From contig OZ024740.1 in NCBI GenBank assembly GCA_964016885.1, positions 108,810,001-108,874,000 on the forward strand: a stretch of DNA of 64,000 bases, written 5' to 3'. This DNA comes from Eledone cirrhosa (Eukaryota). The notes beneath the pieces are model-generated. The model had not been told where the DNA came from. It made no database searches and was given only the letters and a program-made list of their open reading frames with translations. The position numbers were made by a program, and so were the translations under genes. Shown piece after piece: positions 34,501-49,400 of this stretch; within the stretch, counting starts at the first letter, position 1; each line of letters begins with the position of its first letter.

Positions 34501-37500
34501 GCAGTGTCTTTCATTAGAAATATAGTAATGAAAGGGTTGATGACATAGGCAGTGTCTTTCATTAGAAATATTGTAATGAAAGGGTTGATGACATAGGCAG
34601 TGTCTTTCATTAGAAATATAGTAATGAAAGGGTTGATGACATAGGCAGTGTCTTTCCTTAGAAATATAGTAATGAAAGGGTTGATGACATAGGCAGTGTC
34701 ATCATTAGAAATATTGTACTGAATGGATTAATGACATAGGCAGTGTCTTTCATTAGAAATATTGTAATGAAAGGGTTGATGACACAGGCAGTGTCTTTCA
34801 TTAGAAATATTGTACTGAAAGGGTTGATGACATAGGCAGTGTGATCATTAGAAATATAGTAATGAAAGGGTTGATGACATAGGCTGTGTCTTTCATTAGA
34901 AATATTGTACTGAATGGATTAATGACATAGGCAGTGTCTTTCCTTAGAAATATAGTAATGAAAGGGTTGATGACATAGGCAGTGTCTTTCATTAGAAATA
35001 TAGTAATGAAAGGGTTGATGACATAGGCAGTGTCTTTCATTAGAAATATAGTACTGAAAGGGTTGATGACATAGGCAGTGTCTTTCATTAGAAATATAGT
35101 AATGAAAGGGTTGATGACATAGGCAGTGTCTTTCATTAGAAATATAGTAATGAAAGGGTTGATGACATAGGCAGTGTCTTTCATTAGAAATATAGTAATG
35201 AAAGGGTTGATGACATAGGCAGTGTCTTTCATTAGAAATATTGTAATGAAAGGGTTGATGACATAGGCAGTGTCTTTCATTAGAAATATTGTAATGAAAG
35301 GGTTGATGACATAGGCAGTGTCTTTCATTAGAAATATAGTAATGAAAGGGTTGATGACATAGGCAGTGTCTTTCATTAGAAATATTGTAATGAAAGGGTT
35401 GATGACATAGGCAGTGTCTTTCATTAGAAATATAGTAATGAAAGGGTTGATGACATAGGCAGTGTCTTTCATTAGAAATATAGTAATGAAAGGGTTGATG
35501 ACATAGGCAGTGTCTTTCATTAGAAATATTGTAATGAAAGGGTTGATGACATAGGCAGTGTCTTTCATTAGAAATATTGTAATGAAAGGGTTGATGACAT
35601 AGGCAGTGTCTTTCATTAGAAATATTGTACTGAATGGATTAATGACATAGGCAGTATCATCATTAGAAATATAGTAATGAAAGGGTTGATGACATAGGCA
35701 GTGTCATCATTAGAAATATAGTAATGAAAGGGTTGATGACATAGGCAGTGTCTTTCATTAGAAATATTGTAATGAAAGGGTTGATGACATAGGCAGTGTC
35801 TTTCATTAGAAATATTGTAATGAAAGGGTTGATGACATAGGCAGTGTCATCATTAGAAATATAGTAATGAAAGGGTTGATGACATAGGCAGTGTCTTTCA
35901 TTAGAAATATAGTACTGAAAGGGTTGATGACATAGGCAGTGTCTTTCATTAGAAATATAGTAATGAAAGGGTTGATGACATAGGCAGTGTCTTTCATTAG
36001 AAATATAGTAATGAAAGGGTTGATGACATAGGCAGTGTCTTTCATTAGAAATATAGTAATGAAAGGGTTGATGACATAGGCAGTGTCTTTCATTAGAAAT
36101 ATTGTAATGAAAGGGTTGATGACATAGGCAGTGTCTTTCATTAGAAATATTGTAATGAAAGGGTTGATGACATAGGCAGTGTCTTTCATTAGAAATATTG
36201 TAATGAAAGGGTTGATGACATAGGCAGTGTCTTTCATTAGAAATATAGTAATGAAAGGGTTGATGACATAGGCAGTGTCATCATTAGAAATATAGTAATG
36301 AAAGGGTTGATGACATAGGCAGTGTCTTTCATTAGAAATATTGTAATGAAAGGGTTGATGACATAGGCAGTGTCTTTCATTAGAAATATTGTACTGAATG
36401 GATTAATGACATAGGCAGTATCATCATTAGAAATATAGTAATGAAAGGGTTGATGACATAGGCAGTGTCATCATTAGAAATATAGTAATGAAAGGGTTGA
36501 TGACATAGGCAGTGTCTTTCATTAGAAATATTGTAATGAAAGGGTTGATGACATAGGCAGTGTCTTTCATTAGAAATATTGTAATGAAAGGGTTGATGAC
36601 ATAGGCAGTGTCATCATTAGAAATATAGTAATGAAAGGGTTGATGACATAGGCAGTGTCTTTCATTAGAAATATAGTAATGAAAGGGTTGATGACATAAG
36701 CAGTGTCTTTCATTAGAAATATAGTAATGAAAGGGTTGATGACATAGGCAATATCATCATTAGAAATATAGTAATGAAAGGGTTGATGACATAGGCAGTG
36801 TCTTTCATTAGAAATATAGTAATGAAAGAGTTGATGACATAGGCTGTGTCTTTCATTAGAAATATTGTAATGAAAGGGTTGATGACATAGGCAGTGTCTT
36901 TCATTAGAAATATAGTAATGAAAGGGTTGATGACATAGGCAGTGTCTTTCATTAGAAATATTGTAATGAATGGATTAATGACATAGGCAGTGTCATCATT
37001 AGAAATATTGTAATGAAAGGGTTGATGACATAGGCAGTGTCTTTCATTAGAAATGAGGTAAGTAAAGGGTTGATGACATAGGCAGTGTCTTTCATTAGAA
37101 ATATTGTAATGAATGGATTAATGACATAGGCAGTGTCTTTCATTAGAAATATAGTAATGAAAGGGTTGATGACATAGGCAGTGTCTTTCATTAGAAATAT
37201 AGTAATGAAAGGGTTGATGACATAGGCAGTGTCATCATTAGAAATATAGTAATGAAAGGGTTGATGACATAGGCAGTGTCTTTCATTAGAAATATAGTAA
37301 TGAAAGGGTTGATGACATAGGCAGTGTCATCATTAGAAATATTGTACTGAATGGATTAATGACATAGGCAGTGTCTTTCATTAGAAATATTGTAATGAAA
37401 GGGTTGATGACACAGGCAGTGTTTTTCATTAGAAATATTGTAATGAAAGGGTTGATGACATAGGCAGTGTCATCATTAGAAATATAGTAATGAAATGGTT

Positions 37501-40500
37501 GATGACATAGGCAGTGTCATCATTAGAAATATAGTAATGAAAGGGTTGATGACATAGGCTGTGTCTTTCATTAGAAATATTGTACTGAATGGATTAATGA
37601 CATAGGCAGTGTCTTTCCATAGAAATATAGTAATGAAAGGGTTGATGACATAGGCAGTGTCTTTCATTAGAAATATTGTAATGAAAGGGTTGATGACATA
37701 AGCAGCGTCTTTCATTAGAAATATTGTAATGAAAGGGTTGATGACATAGGCAGTGTCATCATTAGAAATATAGTAATGAAAGGGTTGATGACATAGGCAG
37801 TGTCTCTCATTAGAAATATTGTAATGAAAGGGTTGATGACATAGGCAGTGTCTTTCATTAGAAATATAGTAATGAAAGGGTTGATGACATAGGCAGTGTC
37901 TTTCATTAGAAATATAGTAATGAAAGGGTTGATGACATAGGCAGTGTCATCATTAGAAATATAGTACTGAAAGGGTTGATGACATAGGCAGCGTCTTTCA
38001 TTAGAAATATTGTAATGAATGGATTAATGACATAGGCAGTGTCATCATTAGAAATATTGTAATGAAAGGGTTGATGACATAGGCAGTATCATCATTAGAA
38101 ATATAGTAATGAAAGGGTTGATGACATAGGCAGTATCATCATTAGAAATATAGTAATGAAAGGGTTGATGACATAGGCAGTGTCTTTCATTAGAAATATT
38201 GTAATGAATGGATTAATGACATAGGCAGTGTCATCATTAGAAATATTGTAATGAAAGGGTTGATGACATAGGCAGTGCCTTTCATTAGAAATGAGGTAAG
38301 TAAAGGGTTGATGACATAGGCAGTGTCTTTCATTAGAAATATTGTAATGAAAGGGTTGATGACATAGGCAGTGTCTTTCATTAGAAATATTGTAATGAAA
38401 GGGTTGATGACATAGGCAGTGTCTTTCATTAGAAATATTGTAATGAAAGGGTTGATGACATAGGCAGTGTCTTTCATTAGAAATATTGTAATGAAAGGGT
38501 TGATGACATAGGCAGTCTCTTTCATTAGAAATATAGTAATGAAAGGGTTGATGACATAGGCAGTGTCTTTCATTAGAAATATTGTAATGAAAGGGTTGAT
38601 GACATAGGCAGTGTCTTTCATTAGAAATATTGTAATGAAAGGGTTGATGACATAGGCAGTGTCTTTCATTAGAAATATAGTAATGAAAGGGTTGATGACA
38701 TAGGCAGTGTCTTTCATTAGAAATATTGTAATGAAAGGGTTGATGACATAGGCAGTGTCTTTCATTAGAAATATAGTAATGAAAGGGTTGATGACATAGG
38801 CAGTGTCTTTCATTAGAAATATAGTAATGAAAGGGTTGATGACATAGGCAGTGTCATCATTAGAAATATTGTACTGAATGTATTAATGACATAGGCAGTG
38901 TCTTTCATTAGAAATATTGTATTGAAAGGGTTGATGACACAGGCAGTGTCTTTCATTAGAAATATTGTACTGAAAGGGTTGATGACATAGGCAGTGTGAT
39001 CATTAGAAATATAGTAATGAAAGGGTTGATGACATAGGCTGTGTCTTTCATTAGAAATATTGTACTGAATGGATTAATGACATAGGCAGTGTCTTTCCTT
39101 AGAAATATAGTAATGAAAGGGTTGATGACATAGGCAGTGTCTTTCATTAGAAATATTGTAATGAAAGGGTTGATGACATAGGCAGTGTCATCATTAGAAA
39201 TATAGTAATGAAAGGGTTGATGACATAGGCAGTGTCTTTCATTAGAAATATTGTAATGAAAGGGTTGATGACATAGGCAGTGTCTTTCATTAGAAATATA
39301 GTAATGAAAGGGTTGATGACATAGGCAGTGTCTTTCATTAGAAATATTGTAATGAAAGGGTTGATGACATAGGCAGTGTCTTTCATTAGAAATATAGTAA
39401 TGAAAGGGTTGATGACATAGGCAGTGTCATCATTAGAAATATAGTAATGAAAGGGTTGATGACATAGGCAGTGTCTTTCATTAGAAATATTGTAATGAAA
39501 GGGTTGATGACATAGGCAGTGTCTTTCATTAGAAATATTGTACTGAATGGATTAATGACATAGGCAGTATCATCATTAGAAATATAGTAATGAAAGGGTT
39601 GATGACATAGGCAGTGTCATCATTAGAAATATAGTAATGAAAGGGTTGATGACATAGGCAGTGTCTTTCATTAGAAATATTGTAATGAAAGGGTTGATGA
39701 CATAGGCAGTGTCTTTCATTAGAAATATTGTAATGAAAGGGTTGATGACATAGGCAGTGTCATCATTAGAAATATAGTAATGAAAGGGTTGATGACATAG
39801 GCAGTGTCTTTCATTAGAAATATAGTAATGAAAGGGTTGATGACATAAGCAGTGTCTTTCATTAGAAATATAGTAATGAAAGGGTTGATGACATAGGCAA
39901 TATCATCATTAGAAATATAGTAATGAAAGGGTTGATGACATAGGCAGTGTCTTTCATTAGAAATATAGTAATGAAAGAGTTGATGACATAGGCTGTGTCT
40001 TTCATTAGAAATATTGTAATGAAAGGGTTGATGACATAGGCAGTGTCTTTCATTAGAAATATAGTAATGAAAGGGTTGATGACATAGGCAGTGTCTTTCA
40101 TTAGAAATATTGTAATGAATGGATTAATGACATAGGCAGTGTCATCATTAGAAATATTGTAATGAAAGGGTTGATGACATAGGCAGTGTCTTTCATTAGA
40201 AATGAGGTAAGTAAAGGGTTGATGACATAGGCAGTGTCTTTCATTAGAAATATTGTAATGAATGGATTAATGACATAGGCAGTGTCTTTCATTAGAAATA
40301 TAGTAATGAAAGGGTTGATGACATAGGCAGTGTCTTTCATTAGAAATATAGTAATGAAAGGGTTGATGACATAGGCAGTGTCATCATTAGAAATATAGTA
40401 ATGAAAGGGTTGATGACATAGGCAGTGTCTTTCATTAGAAATATAGTAATGAAAGGGTTGATGACATAGGCAGTGTCATCATTAGAAATATTGTACTGAA

Positions 40501-42300
40501 TGGATTAATGACATAGGCAGTGTCTTTCATTAGAAATATTGTAATGAAAGGGTTGATGACACAGGCAGTGTTTTTCATTAGAAATATTGTAATGAAAGGG
40601 TTGATGACATAGGCAGTGTCATCATTAGAAATATAGTAATGAAATGGTTGATGACATAGGCAGTGTCATCATTAGAAATATAGTAATGAAAGGGTTGATG
40701 ACATAGGCTGTGTCTTTCATTAGAAATATTGTACTGAATGGATTAATGACATAGGCAGTGTCTTTCCATAGAAATATAGTAATGAAAGGGTTGATGACAT
40801 AGGCAGTGTCTTTCATTAGAAATATTGTAATGAAAGGGTTGATGACATAAGCAGCGTCTTTCATTAGAAATATTGTAATGAAAGGGTTGATGACATAGGC
40901 AGTGTCATCATTAGAAATATAGTAATGAAAGGGTTGATGACATAGGCAGTGTCTCTCATTAGAAATATTGTAATGAAAGGGTTGATGACATAGGCAGTGT
41001 CTTTCATTAGAAATATAGTAATGAAAGGGTTGATGACATAGGCAGTGTCTTTCATTAGAAATATAGTAATGAAAGGGTTGATGACATAGGCAGTGTCATC
41101 ATTAGAAATATAGTACTGAAAGGGTTGATGACATAGGCAGCGTCTTTCATTAGAAATATTGTAATGAATGGATTAATGACATAGGCAGTGTCATCATTAG
41201 AAATATTGTAATGAAAGGGTTGATGACATAGGCAGTATCATCATTAGAAATATAGTAATGAAAGGGTTGATGACATAGGCAGTATCATCATTAGAAATAT
41301 AGTAATGAAAGGGTTGATGACATAGGCAGTGTCTTTCATTAGAAATATTGTAATGAATGGATTAATGACATAGGCAGTGTCATCATTAGAAATATTGTAA
41401 TGAAAGGGTTGATGACATAGGCAGTGCCTTTCATTAGAAATGAGGTAAGTAAAGGGTTGATGACATAGGCAGTGTCTTTCATTAGAAATATTGTAATGAA
41501 AGGGTTGATGACATAGGCAGTGTCTTTCATTAGAAATATTGTAATGAAAGGGTTGATGACATAGGCAGTGTCTTTCATTAGAAATATTGTAATGAAAGGG
41601 TTGATGACATAGGCAGTGTCTTTCATTAGAAATATTGTAATGAAAGGGTTGATGACATAGGCAGTCTCTTTCATTAGAAATATAGTAATGAAAGGGTTGA
41701 TGACATAGGCAGTGTCTTTCATTAGAAATATTGTAATGAAAGGGTTGATGACATAGGCAGTGTCTTTCATTAGAAATATTGTAATGAAAGGGTTGATGAC
41801 ATAGGCAGTGTCTTTCATTAGAAATATAGTAATGAAAGGGTTGATGACATAGGCAGTGTCTTTCATTAGAAATATTGTAATGAAAGGGTTGATGACATAG
41901 GCAGTGTCTTTCATTAGAAATATAGTAATGAAAGGGTTGATGACATAGGCAGTGTCTTTCATTAGAAATATAGTAATGAAAGGGTTGATGACATAGGCAG
42001 TGTCATCATTAGAAATATTGTACTGAATGTATTAATGACATAGGCAGTGTCTTTCATTAGAAATATTGTATTGAAAGGGTTGATGACACAGGCAGTGTCT
42101 TTCATTAGAAATATTGTACTGAAAGGGTTGATGACATAGGCAGTGTGATCATTAGAAATATAGTAATGAAAGGGTTGATGACATAGGCTGTGTCTTTCAT
42201 TAGAAATATTGTACTGAATGGATTAATGACATAGGCAGTGTCTTTCCTTAGAAATATAGTAATGAAAGGGTTGATGACATAGGCAGTGTCTTTCATTAGA
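22600..42300. repeat. About 2.6-kb higher-order satellite module present five times (anchors 22724, 26541, 29690, 36713, 39862)
   Basis: The same ordered set of rare variants (GTTTTTC, AAATGGTT, TTCCATAG, CAGCGTC, GTGCCTT, AGTCTC, TGTATTAA, GTGATC) recurs at offsets 3817, 3149, 7023 and 3149. Confidence 0.85.
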
Positions 42301-45300
42301 AATATTGTAATGAAAGGGTTGATGACATAGGCAGTGTCATCATTAGAAATATAGTAATGAAAGGGTTGATGACATAGGCAGTGTCTTTCATTAGAAATAT
42401 AGTAATGAAAGTGTTGATGACATAGGCTGTGTCTTTCATTAGAAATATTGTACTGAATGGATTAATGACATAGGCAGTATCATCATTAGAAATATAGTAA
42501 TGAAAGGGTTGATGACATAGGCAGTGTCATCATTAGAAATATAGTAATGAAAGGGTTGATGACATAGGCAGTGTCTTTCATTAGAAATATAGTAATGAAA
42601 GGGTTGATGACATAGGCAGTGTCATCATTAGAAATATAGTAATGAAAGGGTTGATGACATAGGCAGTGTCTTTCATTAGAAATATAGTAATGAAAGGGTT
42701 GATGACATAGGCAGTGTCTTTCATTAGAAATATAGTACTGAAAGGGTTGATGACATAGGCAGTGTCTTTAATTAGAAATATAGTAATGAAAGGGTTGATG
42801 ACATAGGCAGTGTCTTTCATTAGAAATATAGTAATGAAAGGGTTGATGACATAGGCAGTGTCTTTCATTAGAAATATAGTAATGAAAGGGTTGATGACAT
42901 AGGCAGTGTCTTTCATTAGAAATATTGTAATGAAAGGGTTGATGACATAGGCAGTGTCTTTCATTAGAAATATTGTAATGAAAGGGTTGATGACATAGGC
43001 AGTGTCTTTCATTAGAAATATAGTAATGAAAGGGTTGATGACATAGGCAGTGTCTTTCATTAGAAATATTGTAATGAAAGGGTTGATGACATAGGCAGTG
43101 TCTTTCATTAGAAATATAGTAATGAAAGGGTTGATGACATAGGCAGTGTCATCATTAGAAATATAGTAATGAAAGGGTTGATGACATAGGCAGTGTCTTT
43201 CATTAGAAATATTGTAATGAAAGGGTTGATGACATAGGCAGTGTCTTTCATTAGAAATATTGTACTGAATGGATTAATGACATAGGCAGTATCATCATTA
43301 GAAATATAGTAATGAAAGGGTTGATGACATAGGCAGTGTCATCATTAGAAATATAGTAATGAAAGGGTTGATGACATAGGCAGTGTCTTTCATTAGAAAT
43401 ATTGTAATGAAAGGGTTGATGACATAGGCAGTGTCTTTCATTAGAAATATTGTAATGAAAGGGTTGATGACATAGGCAGTGTCATCATTAGAAATATAGT
43501 AATGAAAGGGTTGATGACATAGGCAGTGTCTTTCATTAGAAATATAGTACTGAAAGGGTTGATGACATAGGCAGTGTCTTTCATTAGAAATATAGTAATG
43601 AAAGGGTTGATGACATAGGCAGTGTCTTTCATTAGAAATATAGTAATGAAAGGGTTGATGACATAGGCAGTGTCTTTCATTAGAAATATAGTAATGAAAG
43701 GGTTGATGACATAGGCAGTGTCTTTCATTAGAAATATTGTAATGAAAGGGTTGATGACATAGGCAGTGTCTTTCATTAGAAATATTGTAATGAAAGGGTT
43801 GATGACATAGGCAGTGTCTTTCATTAGAAATATAGTAATGAAAGGGTTGATGACATAGGCAGTGTCTTTCATTAGAAATATTGTAATGAAAGGGTTGATG
43901 ACATAGGCAGTGTCTTTCATTAGAAATATTGTAATGAAAGGGTTGATGACATAGGCAGTGTCTTTCATTAGAAATATAGTAATGAAAGGGTTGATGACAT
44001 AGGCAGTGTCATCATTAGAAATATAGTAATGAAAGAGTTGATGACATAGGCAGTGTCTTTCATTAGAAATATTGTAATGAAAGGGTTGATGACATAGGCA
44101 GTGTCTTTCATTAGAAATATTGTAATGAAAGGGTTGATGACATAGGCAGTGTCTTTCATTAGAAATATTGTAATGAAAGGGTTGATGACATAGGCAGTGT
44201 CTTTCATTAGAAATATTGTAATGAAAGGGTTGATGACATAGGCAGTGTCTTTCATTAGAAATATTGTAATGAAAGGGTTGATGACATAGGCAGTGTCATC
44301 ATTAGAAATATAGTAATGAAAGGGTTGATGACATAGGCAGTGTCTTTCATTAGAAATATAGTACTGAAAGGGTTGATGACATAGGCAGTGTCTTTCATTA
44401 GAAATATTGTAATGAAAGGGTTGATGACATAGGCAGCGTCTTTCATTAGAAATATTGTAATGAAAGGGTTGATGACATAGGCAGTGTCTTTCATTAGAAA
44501 TATTGTAATGAAAGGGTTGATGACATAGGCAGTGTCTTTCATTAGAAATATTGTAATGAAAGGGTTGATGACATAGGCAGTGTCTGTCATTAGAAATATT
44601 GTAATGAAAGGGTTGATGACATAGGCAGTGTCTTTCATTAGAAATATTGTAATGAAAGGGTTGATGACATAGGCAGTGTCTTTCATTAGAAATATAGTAA
44701 TGAAAGGGTTGATGACATAGGCAGTGTCTTTCATTAGAAATATTGTAATGAAAGGGTTGATGACATAGGCAGTGTCTTTCATTAGAAATATAGTAATGAA
44801 AGGGTTGATGACATAGGCAGTGTCTTTCCTTAGAAATATAGTAATGAAAGGGTTGATGACATAGGCAGTGTCATCATTAGAAATATTGTACTGAATGGAT
44901 TAATGACATAGGCAGTGTCTTTCATTAGAAATATTGTAATGAAAGGGTTGATGACACAGGCAGTGTCTTTCATTAGAAATATTGTACTGAAAGGGTTGAT
45001 GACATAGGCAGTGTGATCATTAGAAATATAGTAATGAAAGGGTTGATGACATAGGCTGTGTCTTTCATTAGAAATATTGTACTGAATGGATTAATGACAT
45101 AGGCAGTGTCTTTCCTTAGAAATATAGTAATGAAAGGGTTGATGACATAGGCAGTGTCTTTCATTAGAAATATAGTAATGAAAGGGTTGATGACATAGGC
45201 AGTGTCTTTCATTAGAAATATAGTACTGAAAGGGTTGATGACATAGGCAGTGTCTTTCATTAGAAATATAGTAATGAAAGGGTTGATGACATAGGCAGTG

Positions 45301-46360
45301 TCTTTCATTAGAAATATAGTAATGAAAGGGTTGATGACATAGGCAGTGTCTTTCATTAGAAATATAGTAATGAAAGGGTTGATGACATAGGCAGTGTCTT
45401 TCATTAGAAATATTGTAATGAAAGGGTTGATGACATAGGCAGTGTCTTTCATTAGAAATATTGTAATGAAAGGGTTGATGACATAGGCAGTGTCTTTCAT
45501 TAGAAATATAGTAATGAAAGGGTTGATGACATAGGCAGTGTCTTTCATTAGAAATATTGTAATGAAAGGGTTGATGACATAGGCAGTGTCTTTCATTAGA
45601 AATATAGTAATGAAAGGGTTGATGACATAGGCAGTGTCTTTCATTAGAAATATAGTAATGAAAGGGTTGATGACATAGGCAGTGTCTTTCATTAGAAATA
45701 TTGTAATGAAAGGGTTGATGACATAGGCAGTGTCTTTCATTAGAAATATTGTAATGAAAGGGTTGATGACATAGGCAGTGTCTTTCATTAGAAATATTGT
45801 ACTGAATGGATTAATGACATAGGCAGTATCATCATTAGAAATATAGTAATGAAAGGGTTGATGACATAGGCAGTGTCATCATTAGAAATATAGTAATGAA
45901 AGGGTTGATGACATAGGCAGTGTCTTTCATTAGAAATATTGTAATGAAAGGGTTGATGACATAGGCAGTGTCTTTCATTAGAAATATTGTAATGAAAGGG
46001 TTGATGACATAGGCAGTGTCATCATTAGAAATATAGTAATGAAAGGGTTGATGACATAGGCAGTGTCTTTCATTAGAAATATAGTACTGAAAGGGTTGAT
46101 GACATAGGCAGTGTCTTTCATTAGAAATATAGTAATGAAAGGGTTGATGACATAGGCAGTGTCTTTCATTAGAAATATAGTAATGAAAGGGTTGATGACA
46201 TAGGCAGTGTCTTTCATTAGAAATATAGTAATGAAAGGGTTGATGACATAGGCAGTGTCTTTCATTAGAAATATTGTAATGAAAGGGTTGATGACATAGG
46301 CAGTGTCTTTCATTAGAAATATTGTAATGAAAGGGTTGATGACATAGGCAGTGTCTTTCA
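26000..46360. repeat. Tandem duplication of a 10,172-bp satellite block (2 copies)
   Basis: The variant and ORF pattern repeats at a constant offset of 10,172 (26541/36713, 28018/38190, 29690/39862, 32409/42581, 34801/44973, 35806/45978). Boundaries approximate. Confidence 0.92.
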
Positions 46361-46449
46361 TTAGAAATATAGTAATGAAAGGGTTGATGACATAGGCAGT
46401 GTCTTTCATTAGAAATATTGTAATGAAAGGGTTGATGACATAGGCAGTG

Positions 46450-49400
46450 TCTTTCATTAGAAATATTGTAATGAAAGGGTTGATGACATAGGCAGTGTCT
46501 TTCATTAGAAATATAGTAATGAAAGGGTTGATGACATAGGCAGTGTCATCATTAGAAATATAGTAATGAAAGGGTTGATGACATAAGCAGTGTCTTTCAT
46601 TAGAAATATTGTAATGAAAGGGTTGATGACATAGGCAGTGTCTTTCATTAGAAATATTGTAATGAAAGGGTTGATGACATAGGCAGTGTCTTTCATTAGA
46701 AATATTGTAATGAAAGGGTTGATGACATAGGCAGTGTCTTTCATTAGAAATATTGTAATGAAAGGGTTGATGACATAGGCAGTGTCTTTCATTAGAAATA
46801 TTGTAATGAAAGGGTTGATGACATAGGCAGTGTCATCATTAGAAATATAGTAATGAAAGGGTTGATGACATAGGCAGTGTCTTTCATTAGAAATATAGTA
46901 CTGAAAGGGTTGATGACATAGGCAGTGTCTTTCATTAGAAATATTGTAATGAAAGGGTTGATGACATAGGCAGTGTCTTTCATTAGAAATATTGTAATGA
47001 AAGGGTTGATGACATAGGCAGTGTCTTTCATTAGAAATATTGTAATGAAAGGGTTGATGACATAGGCAGTGTCTTTCATTAGAAATATTGTAATGAAAGG
47101 GTTGATGACATAGGCAGTGTCATCATTAGAAATATAGTAATGAAAGGGTTGATGACATAGGCAGTGTCTTTCATTAGAAATATAGTACTGAAAGGGTTGA
47201 TGACTTAGGCAGTCTCTTTCATTAGAAATATAGTAATGAAAGGGTTGATGACATAGGCAGTGTCTGTCATTAGAAATATTGTAATGAAAGGGTTGATGAC
47301 ATAGGCAGTGTCTTTCATTAGAAATATTGTAATGAAAGGGTTGATGACATAGGCAGTGTCTTTCATTAGAAATATAGTAATGAAAGGGTTGATGACATAG
47401 GCAGTGTCTTTCATTAGAAATATTGTAATGAAAGGGTTGATGACATAGGCAGTGTCTTTCATTAGAAATATAGTAATGAAAGGGTTGATGACATAGGCAG
47501 TGTCATCATTAGAAATATTGTACTGAATGGATTAATGACATAGGCAGTGTCTTTCATTAGAAATATTGTAATGAAAGGGTTGATGACATAGGCAGTGTCT
47601 TTCATTAGAAATATAGTAATGAAAGGGTTGATGACATAGGCAGTGTCATCATTAGAAATATTGTACTGAATGGATTAATGACATAGGCAGTGTCTTTCAT
47701 TAGAAATATTGTAATGAAAGGGTTGATGACACAGGCAGTGTCTTTCATTAGAAATATTGTACTGAAAGGGTTGATGACATAGGCAGTGTGATCATTAGAA
47801 ATATAGTAATGAAAGGGTTGATGACATAGGCTGTGTCTTTCATTAGAAATATTGTACTGAATGGATTAATGACATAGGCAGTGTCTTTCCTTAGAAATAT
47901 AGTAATGAAAGGGTTGATGACATAGGCAGTGTCTTTCATTAGAAATATTGTAATGAAAGGGTTGATGACATAGGCTGTGTCTTTCATTAGAAATATTGTA
48001 CTGAAAGGGTTGATGACATAGGCAGTGTCATCATTAGAAATATAGTAATGAAAGGGTTGATTACATAGGCAGTGTCTTTCATTAGAAATATTGTACTGAA
48101 AGGGTTGATGACATAGGCAGTGTCATCATTAGAAATATAGTAATGAAAGGGTTGATGACATAGGCAGTGTCTTTCATTAGAAATATTGTACTGAAAGGGT
48201 TGATGACATAAGCAGTGTCATCATTAGAAATATAGTAATGAAAGGGTTGATTACATAGGCAGTGTCTTTCATTAGAAATATTGTACTGAAAGGGTTGATG
48301 ACATAGGCAGTGTCATCATTAGAAATATAGTAATGAAAGGGTTGATGACATAGGCAGTGTCTTTCATTAGAAATATAGTAATGAAAGTGTTGATGACATA
48401 GGCTGTGTCTTTCATTAGAAATATTGTACTAAATGGATTAATGACATAGGCAGTATCATCATTAGAAATATAGTAATGAAAGGGTTGATGACATAGGCAG
48501 TGTCATCATTAGAAATATAGTAATGAAAGGGTTGATGACATAGGCAGTGTCTTTCATTAGAAATATAGTAATGAAAGGGTTGATGACATAGGCAGTGTCT
48601 TTCATTAGAAATATTGTAATGAAAGGGTTGATGACATAGGCAGTGTCTTTCATTAGAAATATTGTAATGAAAGGGTTGATGACATAGGCAGTGTCTTTCA
48701 TTAGAAATATAGTAATGAAAGGGTTGATGACATAGGCAGTGTCTTTCATTAGAAATATTGTAATGAAAGGGTTGATGACATAGGCAGTGTCTTTCATTAG
48801 AAATATTGTAATGAAAGGGTTGATGACATAGGCAGTGTCTTTCATTAGAAATATAGTAATGAAAGGGTTGATGACATAGGCAGTGTCATCATTAGAAATA
48901 TAGTAATGAAAGGGTTGATGACATAGGCAGTGTCTTTCATTAGAAATATTGTAATGAAAGGGTTGATGACATAGGCAGTGTCTTTCATTAGAAATATTGT
49001 AATGAAAGGGTTGATGACATAGGCAGTGTCTTTCATTAGAAATATTGTAATGAAAGGGTTGATGACATAGGCAGTGTCTTTCATTAGAAATATTGTAATG
49101 AAAGGGTTGATGACATAGGCAGTGTCTTTCATTAGAAATATTGTAATGAAAGGGTTGATGACATAGGCAGTGTCATCATTAGAAATATAGTAATGAAAGG
49201 GTTGATGACATAGGCAGTGTCTTTCATTAGAAATATAGTACTGAAAGGGTTGATGACATAGGCAGTGTCTTTCATTAGAAATATTGTAATGAAAGGGTTG
49301 ATGACATAGGCAGTGTCTTTCATTAGAAATATTGTAATGAAAGGGTTGATGACATAGGCAGTGTCTTTCATTAGAAATATTGTAATGAAAGGGTTGATGA

